This document shows, one piece after another, positions 8,173 through 17,054 of a stretch of DNA of 32,000 nucleotides. The DNA is taken from the NCBI GenBank assembly GCA_965219535.1, contig CBDCNV010000001.1:870001-902000 (forward strand), given 5' to 3'. Source of the DNA: Opitutales bacterium (GTDB lineage Bacteria > Verrucomicrobiota > Verrucomicrobiia > Opitutales > PNEW01). Within the stretch, counting starts at the first letter, position 1, and each line of letters opens with the position of its first letter. Position numbers and translations under genes: made by a program. The notes under the pieces were generated by a model that saw only the letters and a program-made list of their open reading frames with translations, ran no database searches and was not told where the DNA came from.

Positions 8173-8551
8173 CTGACTGGTCGTTCCTAGGTTGCTTGAG
8201 CAGACCGTTATTGGCGGCAGTGTGTGCTGACCAAAAGGGGACGGCATAAAAGGAGATCTTAGAAGGTGACCCGCACAATCTTTATTATGTCCAGTTGATT
8301 TGTAAGTGGTTGATATTCAACGTATTTAATTTATGCCATTAATTCCTAACGGTCTTATAACGTCGCTAATTAAGGAGTAAGCCCCAGTATAACACTCTGA
8401 TTAAGCCGGGTTGATATACTCGTTGCATACTCACCACGACCCGTGATTTAAGGTTGTCACCTTCTTTGGACAAGAGCATGTCTTGAGCAGTCTCCTTCCC
8501 CTGCCATCGCTTTAACCGCGCCCTTAGGAGTAGATCATGTTTCAAGGGGGC

Positions 8552-8561
8552 GGGGGGGGGG
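8552..8561. repeat. G10 homopolymer (preceded by G5-C)
   Basis: The sequence is caaGGGGGcGGGGGGGGGGtgcg. Confidence 0.9.
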
Positions 8562-8577
8562 TGCGATCAAAAGACAA

Positions 8578-8766
8578 GCCGCCGGTCATAATATCGATTT
8601 ACTCACCGGAAAATATATTTACAAAGGGCAAGGTTTGGTAGCAAAACAATTTAAAACGAACACTTTTAAATTGGCTTTTAAATGTACGATCACCCTTAGC
8701 TATGAAACATTCCTTACCTTAAGATGCAAACGCCCTTTCTCGAAGCTCTCAGACCCCTTTAAGGGC
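8578..8766. repeat. Unit A of a duplicated ~190-nt noncoding unit
   Basis: Unit A shares with unit B the blocks TATCGATTTACTCAMCGGAAAATATAYTTACAA and CAAACGCCCTTTCTCGARGCKCTCAGACCCCTT. The middle is collinear but diverged. Confidence 0.6.
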
Positions 8767-9018
8767 AAGTCAAATCAAGCTTCGAAGTTTCAAAAAGTTT
8801 CCCCAACCTTGAAACCAATCAATCGAGCGTACGAAAGCACGCATTATCTTTTAGAACATTCCCTGCGGTAAAATCTGTCTCTTAAAGATATTGTCTGAGT
8901 CTGCTTGGGACAGCTTATTTCTAATATTAAAATGTTCATAGGTAAAAAGCATGCGGGTAATCAAATTAAACTTTGTTTACCTTGAGATTTTTATTCTGAT
9001 TAATTTAATCACCAGATC

Positions 9019-9212
9019 GGTCGGCGGTCTCACTATCGATTTACTCAACGGAAAATATACTTACAATTGCGCAACGCTTGGCGTTGCAAAAATATTTTAA
9101 AAGCCACCCCTTAAATTTGCTTCTGAAGGAACGATCATCCTTCGTTATAACATTTCTTTATGCACTGATATCCAAACGCCCTTTCTCGAGGCGCTCAGAC
9201 CCCTTAAAAGCC
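9019..9212. repeat. Unit B of the duplicated ~190-nt noncoding unit
   Basis: See unit A. Unit B contains the hairpin GCAACGC-ttg-GCGTTGC, which is not conserved in unit A. Confidence 0.6.
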
Positions 9213-9315
9213 TTTGCTTAATGAATTCATGGTCCCCTATCTTTTTATGAAACACTCATTTCATCTATTTGATTTCAAATATTTACCTCTCAGAATAAAA
9301 AGAATAATTTAGCCG

Positions 9316-9594
9316 TCATAAAAATCCCTTAAGATCTATACCACAACATAGCTCTATAATATCGACTTCATAATCGGCCTCCAGAGCCTCGACAATGTCG
9401 TCCATTTCACCACCTTCTCTTAAATAGTCTGCGATCAGTGATAGCCGTATTCTCTTTTCTTTATCTATCGGTTTAAAGTTTTCACAATATTCAACCCAGG
9501 GCTTTTTGATTTCATTAATTGCCAGCACATCAATGAATTTTTTTCGCAGTTGTCGGCTACGACAACCCTTAGTATTAAATCTATCTTTATTCAT
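9316..9594 (-). CDS. Hypothetical protein (92 aa), acidic C-terminal half
   Basis: This ORF has no competitor and is co-oriented with the three upstream genes. No family is recognised. Confidence 0.55.
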   Translation of the reverse strand: MNKDRFNTKGCRSRQLRKKFIDVLAINEIKKPWVEYCENFKPIDKEKRIRLSLIADYLREGGEMDDIVEALEADYEVDIIELCCGIDLKGFL

Positions 9595-9622
9595 ACTATC
9601 TTTATTTGTACATCTCTATTAA

Positions 9623-9663
9623 AGTTGCCCTCAACTTGCCCCTAAGTTGCCCTCAAGTTGCCC
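9623..9663. promoter_or_regulatory. Four direct repeats A(G/C)TTGCCC at exact 11-bp spacing (iteron/operator-like)
   Basis: AGTTGCCC starts at 9623, ACTTGCCC at 9634, AGTTGCCC at 9645 and AGTTGCCC at 9656. They lie in the gap between the 254-aa and 92-aa genes. Confidence 0.6.
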
Positions 9664-9751
9664 GCTTAACATGGATAAAGGATTTCACGAAATTATTGCT
9701 TCTGTTATTTATAGGTTGTCGCTTGGGATTCATTAAAAGGGGATTAAAATT

Positions 9752-10516
9752 CTACCCCATTTTTAATTTCATTATTTTTTTCTTTATTGCCGCATCCTTA
9801 GCCTTGATGGATCTTTTCTTCCTCATTCGGTTTGTTCTCTTTTCGATTACTTTTTTTCTTAACTCATCTTCACTAAGTTTATGAGAATAATAGGTGTATC
9901 GTCGCTGATAAGTAAATCTGCCAAAAAACCCTTTTAAAAAAAGATCTTCGACAGTATTTCGTACTTGCTTCACCGAATAAGGTTTCGGGCGATCTTCAAA
10001 AGTGTCAAAAATCTCTTTTGATCGGCAACCTGTTGCACGGCACTGAATTTCATCACTGGTGATTAGCTTGTAACTACTTTGCCCCAGGCAGGAATAAATA
10101 GCTGAAAGAATAGCAAATTCACGAGGATTGAGCGCACCTCTGTCTCTTACATCAATACACAAAGCTGTCTTGTGTCGAACTAAGGCGTCATTTCTAAATT
10201 TTGACTCAAAATCATCTACAAATGCCTGATATTTTCTTATCTCACTTTCTACAAATGCAATAGGACCAGTATTGATCTCTAACATATTTGCCGCAGCGCA
10301 AAGCAATTGGTGTTCCCCATTGGTGTTATTATGATCCTTAGGTAAATGCTCATTATCCGGTAATTCATAATGTTGCTCAGGATTTTCAGATAAAAAAAGG
10401 CGAGTCCTATGGATCCCAATGTATAGCATGCCATTAATAATGTCGTCCAAACTGCCTGGGTACGCCAATAAGCATAAAGGGGCCTGGATATATTTCTCAG
10501 AAGGATTATCGGTCAT
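9752..10516 (-). CDS. Hypothetical protein (254 aa), basic lysine-rich C-terminus
   Basis: This is a long ORF with a 14-nt gap to the upstream HTH gene. No family is recognised. Confidence 0.7.
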   Translation of the reverse strand: MTDNPSEKYIQAPLCLLAYPGSLDDIINGMLYIGIHRTRLFLSENPEQHYELPDNEHLPKDHNNTNGEHQLLCAAANMLEINTGPIAFVESEIRKYQAFVDDFESKFRNDALVRHKTALCIDVRDRGALNPREFAILSAIYSCLGQSSYKLITSDEIQCRATGCRSKEIFDTFEDRPKPYSVKQVRNTVEDLFLKGFFGRFTYQRRYTYYSHKLSEDELRKKVIEKRTNRMRKKRSIKAKDAAIKKKIMKLKMG

Positions 10517-10530
10517 TTTAAATTATCCCT

Positions 10531-10749
10531 TTAACGGGGCACTACCGTATTTCTCTCCTCTAGGGCCTCCCGTACTTGAGCGGGATTAAATCTTACCAGA
10601 TGCCCTATCTTGATATAGGGGATAGTTCTCCTTCTTTGCTGTTCTCGAAGCCAGCGTAAGCTCGGACGGGACCTTTCATCGAAGAGGATTTCCAGGAGCC
10701 TTGCAGCATCCACCAACTGATCATTATTTAGATATGAACACACCATCAA
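10531..10749 (-). CDS. Excisionase/AlpA-type helix-turn-helix DNA-binding protein (MerR-superfamily HTH_17-like)
   Basis: The 72-aa product has TIPYIKIGHLVRFNPAQVREALEE, matching the ipyikiGrlvRF..eeV pattern of excisionase-family HTH domains. Confidence 0.65.
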   Translation of the reverse strand: MMVCSYLNNDQLVDAARLLEILFDERSRPSLRWLREQQRRRTIPYIKIGHLVRFNPAQVREALEERNTVVPR

Positions 10750-10807
10750 TTTTTAAAAAACTAACGACATGATATTACTTTTTAATAATCAAGGCGACAT
10801 CTTAAAG

Positions 10808-10871
10808 TAAAGTCCCCGCTTTATATTTAAAATATCCAATACATTCTTCTAATGTATCTAAAGTCCCCACT
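10808..10871. promoter_or_regulatory. Two TAAAGTCCCCRCT direct repeats 51 nt apart upstream of the HTH gene
   Basis: The repeats lie at 10808-10820 and 10859-10871, in the 154-nt gap between the 318-aa and 72-aa genes. Confidence 0.35.
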
Positions 10872-10903
10872 AAAGATTCATTTTAGAAATATTGATAGAC
10901 CCA

Positions 10904-11860
10904 TCAGTTAATAGGTAGAATAGGTGAAAAAGGTAGCATATCATAAATCTGATATTTGATAGGTAGATCCCAGAAATTATTGCTTCTCACTTTTATATGT
11001 TCTCGCTGTTTAAGCCACGTTTCTTTACTGCCCGGCAATTTGTCATAGATTATGCTTCTGAATTTTTCCATCAGTTTTTCGTCACCAACATCATAGTATA
11101 AGCGTTCTAATAACATCACACCTAATTGACAGCGCAGATCTGCTTCACCGGGTTGTGTTATATTATTATTTTTATTATTAACAGGGAAACGTTTTTTCAG
11201 TTTACCAACCGTAAGCCAACGCGGGTTAGTAAGCCACGCTTTAAATATCTTGAGTCCTACAGTAGATGAATATTGCTGACCATATGGACCTTGGGCAGGG
11301 GTGGAAGGTTTCGCTTTTATTGATTTTAAATACCTTTCAATCGTTTTAATATTAACAGCAATTGCTTTCGCATATTCACCAGTAGTATGGGGTTCCAACC
11401 ATTTAAAATATGGATCCACAGTAGTCCTTATACGGTTTCGTCGACTTTTATTATATCCATAATCTATTCTTCCATCCCTTATCATCTCTATAAATTTATG
11501 AATACGTTTAGTAAAATATTCATCCTTCCATTCAGGCCAGACATCATCAAGGTCACTTAGCTCTCTTTCTAGAACGAAGCTAATAAGCATTCCATACAAG
11601 AAAGTCCGCCAGATTGTTTGATTTTGTCTCCGCAAATTTTTAACAGTTTTCCAAGTCTGATTTTCGAATCGCTTTATTGGAGTAAGTTCTTCTAGAAGAA
11701 ATTCTAATTCGTCATCACTTAATCCAGTCTGAGCCCAGGGTTTTCTTGAACGGTCTATCTTGTATAATAATATACTTATTTTTCTTTCACTCTCAGAAAA
11801 TCCCCTAGGGACTGCTTCTGATTGAGATTGACGCTTTGCTTTTGACTTACTCTTGGGCAT
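10904..11860 (-). CDS. Hypothetical protein (318 aa) with Lys/Ser-rich N-terminus and a possible internal HTH
   Basis: This is a long ORF. YAKAIAVNIKTIERYLKSI looks HTH-like. No recombinase motifs were seen. Confidence 0.7.
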   Translation of the reverse strand: MPKSKSKAKRQSQSEAVPRGFSESERKISILLYKIDRSRKPWAQTGLSDDELEFLLEELTPIKRFENQTWKTVKNLRRQNQTIWRTFLYGMLISFVLERELSDLDDVWPEWKDEYFTKRIHKFIEMIRDGRIDYGYNKSRRNRIRTTVDPYFKWLEPHTTGEYAKAIAVNIKTIERYLKSIKAKPSTPAQGPYGQQYSSTVGLKIFKAWLTNPRWLTVGKLKKRFPVNNKNNNITQPGEADLRCQLGVMLLERLYYDVGDEKLMEKFRSIIYDKLPGSKETWLKQREHIKVRSNNFWDLPIKYQIYDMLPFSPILPIN

Positions 11861-11877
11861 CGTTATGCTGTGTTTTT

Positions 11878-12208
11878 AAATTACATACGAGATAATCACA
11901 CCGGTGATTTTTAGAGTAAAAAGCCTATTAAGCGAGGGGACAATCGGCCAATCAAAAAGATTATTTGAATTACAGTGACAATACCGTGTCGTTTACAAAG
12001 GTAGACCATCGAGATATGACTTGCTCCCTTTTATTAGCCATGAGGCAGCGGTGTTAGATCCGGTAACTAAAACTAACGCTGAATATAAAGTTAAGCTCGC
12101 TAAAAATTTTCCTTCTTTGTATGCATTTTAGTGCATTTTAAAAAAATTCATAAAATTCTTATAAATAACGACCAGGGAAACCAGTTGAATGCAGATGAAC
12201 GAATCGGA
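11878..12208. repeat. R1: copy 1 of a ~330-bp direct repeat
   Basis: R1 is collinear with 20777-21118 and shares an identical 35-nt core, CGGTAACTAAAACTAACGCTGAATATAAAGTTAAG, at 12061-12095. It ends ..GCAGATGAACGAATCGGAAAGGTTC. Confidence 0.8.
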
Positions 12209-12218
12209 AAGGTTCACA

Positions 12219-12962
12219 TCAACCAGCTAGTGGATACCGATCGTCGTTGAAAAATGCGCTTTCCAGATTGCCATTCTTGCCGGTGACAGCGGGTGTGACC
12301 CAGTGGGTGGCGTAACCTCTTCGCCAGCGATCGGAATGATTGCGGTGCGAACTGTGTAAAGTCTGTCCGTGATGAAAGACCACTCCTCCCTTACCTACCG
12401 GAGCTAGTTCCTCTCTTGATAAATCAACGCGATCTTCAGGAGGTATTAAATTGTAAGGCTCGTTTTCCATGGAAACGTGAGGGATCATTCCCTCTTTGTG
12501 CGATCCGCTGATATAGCGCAGACAGCCGTTGTCTTCACCTACATCGTCGAGTGCGATCCATGCCGTGGTTACATGGTCGACGGGAAAACATTGAAAATGA
12601 AAGTTATCTTGATGGTAGGGTTTGCGACCACCGTGACGGGGCGGCTTCATGAGTATCTGGTCCGCTAACAAAAGGGGTGTGCCCTTGATAAACATTTCAA
12701 TTACTTTACTGAGCCGTTCGTTAAGAACGAATTCCTGAAATGAGGGATGCTTGAAAAATGCATCCATTAATTTACGGGGAATAATTTCTCCGTTTTCCAA
12801 GCGTTCACCCGCCACCTCGGGAATATCAGGATCCTTAATCTCCTTTTCAATGATCGCCGTCGCTATTTCTGCAATACCGTCCACCACGGCAGGGTCAAAT
12901 ACTCCTTCGATGACTACCCATCCCTTTTCCCAGTAGTGATTCAACTGTTCCTGTGTTACCAT
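12219..12962 (-). CDS. Phytanoyl-CoA dioxygenase (PhyH) family Fe(II)/2-oxoglutarate oxygenase
   Basis: The 247-aa product has YHQDNFHF (an HxD iron ligand pair) and a distal H in TLHSSHRN. The N-terminus LNHYWEKGWVVIEGVF is typical of PhyH. Confidence 0.8.
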   Translation of the reverse strand: MVTQEQLNHYWEKGWVVIEGVFDPAVVDGIAEIATAIIEKEIKDPDIPEVAGERLENGEIIPRKLMDAFFKHPSFQEFVLNERLSKVIEMFIKGTPLLLADQILMKPPRHGGRKPYHQDNFHFQCFPVDHVTTAWIALDDVGEDNGCLRYISGSHKEGMIPHVSMENEPYNLIPPEDRVDLSREELAPVGKGGVVFHHGQTLHSSHRNHSDRWRRGYATHWVTPAVTGKNGNLESAFFNDDRYPLAG

Positions 12963-13108
12963 ATATCCTCTATGATTATAGGTTATTCTAATTTATCCAT
13001 TTAATATTATACTTTTAAGTCCAATTTTTCAATCCCTATCACAGGAATCTTGAATCGATTAACCTGAGATAACCTTCTTTTTCGTCATCTTTGCTTTCAC
13101 CTGAATTA

Positions 13109-13909
13109 TTAAATTTTCTCGTTAAATATAACCTCCAACGCAGAGAGATCGTCTTCAATTGCTCGGCTCATTGCAAACTTCCTATGTGCAATTTCTACCT
13201 TTTTACAATAAACTTCCGTTAGTGTTTTAAGCTTATCTAACATCAGTTTGTTATTGAGCTGCCCGTATGACTCAGTGATCTTTTGCAGATCCTTCTGCCC
13301 AGCTCTCTGTTCGTATTTGGAAAAAGGAGAAGAAACTGTATTTCGTCCATTTATCGCATCGTCTAATAAGATTATGCAGCTTCGCAGACTATCCATTAGA
13401 TTATTTGCATAAAATAATTCTGATCGCATTAAACATCTGTACGCTTCATGCGCGTAGGCAATCCCTCTGCTGATTACACGATTGACTTCATCTTTATCTA
13501 TTTCAAAAGACAAGGATGTTGATTGATCAATTGTTTTTTTAATTATACTTTCTGGATCATAAGCAATACGGATGGGTAAAGCGTACCAGGGCGAAGGTTC
13601 AAATTCTGAAACTCCGTAGTAAAATACATCCAACTTAACAAACGGATTAAAATGGGAAACACAGTGATGGGCACGAGGCCACCATTGATTAAAGAGAAGC
13701 GCTCCCCAATTCTTTGGGACTTCTAATCGATTTTCAACAAAGTGGTCCAATTCATTGTCGGTAACGACAACACGCAAATCGATATCGGAGAATGCGTCCG
13801 ACTCGCTCGTAGCTAGTGAACCTGCAATGAAAATACCTTTCGTCGCCCCATACAATTTAAAATAGGCAATCGTTTCTGGAGTGACCCCAAAAATCGGGTA
13901 GTGGTACAA
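13109..13909 (-). CDS. Nucleotidyltransferase-domain protein (Pol-beta superfamily; aminoglycoside/lincosamide NTase-like architecture)
   Basis: AGSLATSESDAFSDIDLRVVV fits the GS-x(9-13)-DxD NTase signature, followed by a helical C-terminal domain. The start is uncertain: the annotated start is TTG and codons 1-12 lie inside an IS-end-like 20-mer. Confidence 0.7.
   Translation of the reverse strand: MYHYPIFGVTPETIAYFKLYGATKGIFIAGSLATSESDAFSDIDLRVVVTDNELDHFVENRLEVPKNWGALLFNQWWPRAHHCVSHFNPFVKLDVFYYGVSEFEPSPWYALPIRIAYDPESIIKKTIDQSTSLSFEIDKDEVNRVISRGIAYAHEAYRCLMRSELFYANNLMDSLRSCIILLDDAINGRNTVSSPFSKYEQRAGQKDLQKITESYGQLNNKLMLDKLKTLTEVYCKKVEIAHRKFAMSRAIEDDLSALEVIFNEKI
13877..13896. mobile_element. 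IS type D-like terminal 20-mer inside the 5' end of the NTase ORF
   Basis: TGGAGTGACCCCAAAAATCG matches TGGAGTGACCCCCAAAAATCG at 14097, then the two sequences diverge. Confidence 0.5.
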
Positions 13910-13925
13910 TTTGAGTTTACACCTT

Positions 13926-14030
13926 GGAGCAGGGAGTAAGGAGCAACGAACCTTTTGTCTAAGTTCACCCCGCGGTCGCGATGACTGGGGATCTCAGAGA
14001 CGCCAGGTTCGCTTACTCCTGCTCCCTGCT
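13926..14030. repeat. Imperfect ~25-bp inverted repeat with ~53-nt spacer (hairpin element)
   Basis: The arms are GGAGCAGGGAGTAAGGAGCAACGAACC and GGTTCGCTTACTCCTGCTCCCTGCT. Confidence 0.65.
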
Positions 14031-14096
14031 AAGGGGTGTAATTTTCCGTTGCCAGGCGGCTTTGAATATATAAACTTGGCTCTGGAAAAGGGGGTA

Positions 14097-14207
14097 TGGA
14101 GTGACCCCCAAAAATCGTATCATTTACAGAGAGAGGTTATCGGGATAAACGGATAACCTCAATGAAAAGAAAACGATACACAACAGAGCAGATAATCGCA
14201 ATACTGC
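14097..14207 (+). mobile_element. IS type D left end with the first ~15 orfA codons, then truncated
   Basis: The sequence is TGGAGTGACCCCCAAAAATCGTATCATTTACAGAGAGAGGTTATCGGGATAAACGGATAACCTCA-ATG, encoding MKRKRYTTEQIIAIL. It is homologous to the reverse complement of 7160-7284. Confidence 0.75.
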
Positions 14208-14393
14208 GGCATTGCACTCTCAGTTACCTATGATCAAGCAAATCTGATCGCGTCAAATTCAAAGTCTTTGAAATGCGCAGATAAGAATTCAAAATGTGTA
14301 CCTATGGGAATATACTCCAAAGAAGAATTGGTTGGCTTTGTGATGTCGGATCGTTGGAGCGATATATGTAATCGTCTTAGCTGGCCTTTCACA

Positions 14394-14430
14394 CCAGATT
14401 AATGGGAGTCTACTTCTCCCATTAATCTGG
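14394..14430. terminator. Perfect 15-bp stem / 7-nt loop hairpin downstream of the PhyH gene
   Basis: The hairpin is CCAGATTAATGGGAG-tctactt-CTCCCATTAATCTGG. No U-tract follows on either strand, so the terminator function is tentative. Confidence 0.35.
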
Positions 14431-14521
14431 AAGCAAATGCAACTGCTATTTTATAATTAAATGCCAGAGATTTTTAAAAATCTGCTTATAGATCGTTGGT
14501 ATAAATGGTCACGACCAGACT

Positions 14522-15439
14522 CTATTCGTCAGCCGGGGTATCTCGAAAGGGATCAGAAAATGCTTTTACGGTTTGTAAGGTCGAATCGTCCGGGATTAGC
14601 GTGCCCTGGGCGATCTCTGTAAATCTCCACTTATGCAGCCAATCTATCCACCGCTGCCGCCTGGGATTCTGCTCAGGATTATCCAGCCATTCAAGCGGGT
14701 ATTCCGGAGACGGAGAATCAAAAGTTGTTTCGGCTGCCGATGTCCTGATTTCATTAGTGATATGCAAATATTCCGTTAGAGCCCTTCCTTCTTCTGCGTT
14801 CTTTGGATTTCCAGAATAAACGATGGAAAACGTGCGCCGATCCGTCGATCCGCCACAACTGGCATGCCATACATGGGAATCAAAGATAAATCCATCACCC
14901 GGTTCTACGTCGCAAATATAGGCTGGACCTTCTTTAATACGTTCTGTTCCAAGGCGGTTCTCTGCATCATCATAACCCGTGAGACCGTCATACTTTGCTA
15001 TTTCTTTATGAAAAGCTTTCTTATGGGATCCGGGAATCACCCTCAAAGCGCCGCTATCCTCATCAACCGGTTGGAGGTAGAAGAGGAATTTTAGATCGTG
15101 CATATGAAAATTATAATCATCGGCATGCCAGGCAGTATCATTGACGTAGCTGATCGAGTTGCAGGATATTCCAACGCAGTCTTCCCCCATTATCTGTTCT
15201 GCGATGCTTACAATGCGCGGGTCTTCGATCAAGGTGGCGAGAAGGGGCGTCTGCGCACCCAGGTTGGTCCAGCTTATAACCTGGGGAGGCGTGTCTTCAG
15301 GTTCTGTGTAGCGCCGGGTGGTTTCCAGCTTAGACTTGAATTCCTCCTTGAAGGTTTCAATTTCACCCGGGCTGAATAATCCTCGCAGGGGAAGGAAACC
15401 GAAAGTATTGAAGTGCGTGAGTTGATGCGCGGTAAGCAT
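14522..15439 (-). CDS. Phytanoyl-CoA dioxygenase (PhyH) family Fe(II)/2-oxoglutarate oxygenase, second paralog
   Basis: The 305-aa product has AWHADD (HxD) and VWHAS motifs. The N-terminus LTAHQLTHFNTFGFLPLRGLF is typical of PhyH. Confidence 0.8.
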   Translation of the reverse strand: MLTAHQLTHFNTFGFLPLRGLFSPGEIETFKEEFKSKLETTRRYTEPEDTPPQVISWTNLGAQTPLLATLIEDPRIVSIAEQIMGEDCVGISCNSISYVNDTAWHADDYNFHMHDLKFLFYLQPVDEDSGALRVIPGSHKKAFHKEIAKYDGLTGYDDAENRLGTERIKEGPAYICDVEPGDGFIFDSHVWHASCGGSTDRRTFSIVYSGNPKNAEEGRALTEYLHITNEIRTSAAETTFDSPSPEYPLEWLDNPEQNPRRQRWIDWLHKWRFTEIAQGTLIPDDSTLQTVKAFSDPFRDTPADE

Positions 15440-15680
15440 TTTTTACTTTAATTCACTGTTAATTATACCATATTTCGCAATTTATAAAGGGAAAGTCTAT
15501 TAATTGATATTCCCCATATCAAAACCATAAGGCTAATAACTCCCAATAATATTGCAACGAATTTTAATTTAAAGCCACACCGGCCAAGACTGATATGCAG
15601 AAAATTCTGGAAGCCCATCGCAAGTCCCAAGAGTCAGAAACTGTCAACCAGGGTGTTCACTGAATTATAATCATGGGGGG

Positions 15681-16643
15681 TCACCTCAGTGGATTTACTA
15701 GATTGCGTGGGGATAAACCTTTCGCTAAGCGATCAATATTCTCCGCGGCGGCTTTAGCGCGTCGATGCCACGTCCCCTGTGTGAATCCAGCGACATGCGG
15801 CGTAGTTAAAACGTTATCTAACTTTAAAAGGGGATGTTCCGGGGCCAAAGGTTCCTCGGCGTATGCGTCGATACCCGCACCTTTAATGCGACCGCTTGTC
15901 AGGGCCTCAATCAGTGCATCATTGTCAACGATTTCTCCTCGCGCAACATTGATCAGGACCGCCTTTTCCTTCATTACGCTGAAAGCGTGCTGGTCAATCA
16001 GGTGTCGCGTTTGCTTGGTTAAAGGAACGTGCACAGAAAGGAAATCAGACTCGACCAGAATTTTTTCAAGATCTTCGGGGTATCCAAGAAAGGCGAGATG
16101 AAATTCGTCGAGTTCATGCTGCGGAATATCTCTATTATCAATGGCTATGATCCGTAATCCCAGGGCCCGGGCCCGTCTTGCCAATTCTTTCGCGCTTGCT
16201 CCGAAGCCGACCAATCCCAAAGTCTTTCCTTCGAGCTCATCGTTCATCACCCGATGCCAGTCTTTGGTGCGATTGTGATTGAGGTTTTTTGCGAAATAGA
16301 GAATCATAAGAAGCGCATGCTCTGCAAGAGGGACAGCGGTTAGGGGCCCCGGAGAGTGGGTGAGGAGCAGACCTTTACCCAAGATATATTCCGTGTCGAC
16401 ATGGTCGAGACCGTTGGTCGTAACCTGCCATAGTTTAACTTCAGCTGCTTTAGCCGCGTCCATCATCTCATGGGTTCCTATGGCCCCTCCCGTATCAATG
16501 ACTACCTCAATCTCCTTAAACTGATCAGCAGCCGGTTTGTTTGGATCGTAAATTACAATGGGATAACGACCGTCAATAAATTCAACCAGATAATGATAAG
16601 AAAAATGTAACCTGTCTGCGTTGCGAAGAAAAAGAACTTTCAT
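15681..16643 (-). CDS. D-isomer-specific 2-hydroxyacid dehydrogenase family, NAD(P)-binding
   Basis: The motifs are GLVGFGASAKELARRARALGLRIIAID (Rossmann fold), HVPLTKQTRHLI, NVARGEIVD and TTPHVAG. Confidence 0.9.
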   Translation of the reverse strand: MKVLFLRNADRLHFSYHYLVEFIDGRYPIVIYDPNKPAADQFKEIEVVIDTGGAIGTHEMMDAAKAAEVKLWQVTTNGLDHVDTEYILGKGLLLTHSPGPLTAVPLAEHALLMILYFAKNLNHNRTKDWHRVMNDELEGKTLGLVGFGASAKELARRARALGLRIIAIDNRDIPQHELDEFHLAFLGYPEDLEKILVESDFLSVHVPLTKQTRHLIDQHAFSVMKEKAVLINVARGEIVDNDALIEALTSGRIKGAGIDAYAEEPLAPEHPLLKLDNVLTTPHVAGFTQGTWHRRAKAAAENIDRLAKGLSPRNLVNPLR

Positions 16644-16825
16644 GGCTGATAAAGAGACTTAATGGTAAAATAGTTATGGAGAAGGTGCAAATTTTTCCTG
16701 GGGATTATTTATCTTCAATGAGAATAAAAACAGGATGAGGGAAAAGCTCATACATAAAACCGCCGCAGCGTAATAGCTGTCAGTGTATTTATGGGAGAGA
16801 CTGAAGACGATTGTCCCAAGTGCAG

Positions 16826-16890
16826 CTAAAACCATTAACACCCGGTAACTCTCTCACTTAATAATTGGTACGAAAAACGGGGTCCAATCA
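16826..16890 (+). mobile_element. Solo right-end fragment (~65 bp) of IS type A
   Basis: The sequence is CTAAAACCATTAACACCCGGTAACTCTCTCACTTAATAATTGGTACGAAAAACGGGGTCCAATCA. Confidence 0.75.
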
Positions 16891-17054
16891 GTAGCCATGA
16901 GACGCTCTCTAGTTGGAGAGGATTGTTTCTCCTTAATCTTGATAACGACAACGGAGTGCTTAATTTCACGAAAGAGTTCATGAATTTCATTCGCCGATAA
17001 AGTTAATGAGCTTAGAGTAATAAAAAATGCTAAGACTGAATATAATTTAAACAT
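16891..17054 (-). pseudogene. N-terminal fragment of a secreted protein gene, truncated by the IS-A end
   Basis: In ORF 16854..17054, MFKLYSVLAFFITLSSLTLSA is signal-peptide-like. The last 11 codons (TPFFVPIIK) and the stop come from the IS repeat. Confidence 0.45.

Noticed and set aside
8635-8871. 78-aa ORF in the ORF-free leader
   Set aside because: It has a TTG start and lies across repeat unit A. The paralogous unit B has no equivalent open frame.
9606-9884. 92-aa ORF on the plus strand
   Set aside because: It is antisense to the 3' end of the 254-aa gene and spans the iteron block. Its Phe/Leu/Ile-rich product is typical of antisense translation of a Lys-rich AT-rich gene.
11878-12208. 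tmRNA (ssrA) hypothesis for the R1/R2 repeats, prompted by the tRNA-like 3' end and a possible tag ORF (AEYKVKLAKNFPSLYAF*)
   Set aside because: The 3' end has discriminator G (GCCA) rather than the Ala-type ACCA. No GGGG... 5' acceptor partner is present. The putative tag frame is not conserved between R1 and R2 (R2 reads AEYKVKIF*). Only R2 has the tRNA-like end.
13911-14156. 81-aa ORF 13911..14156 and 80-aa ORF 17165..17407
   Set aside because: Both are composed of repeat, hairpin or IS-end sequence and overlap better-supported features. Their composition is not protein-like.
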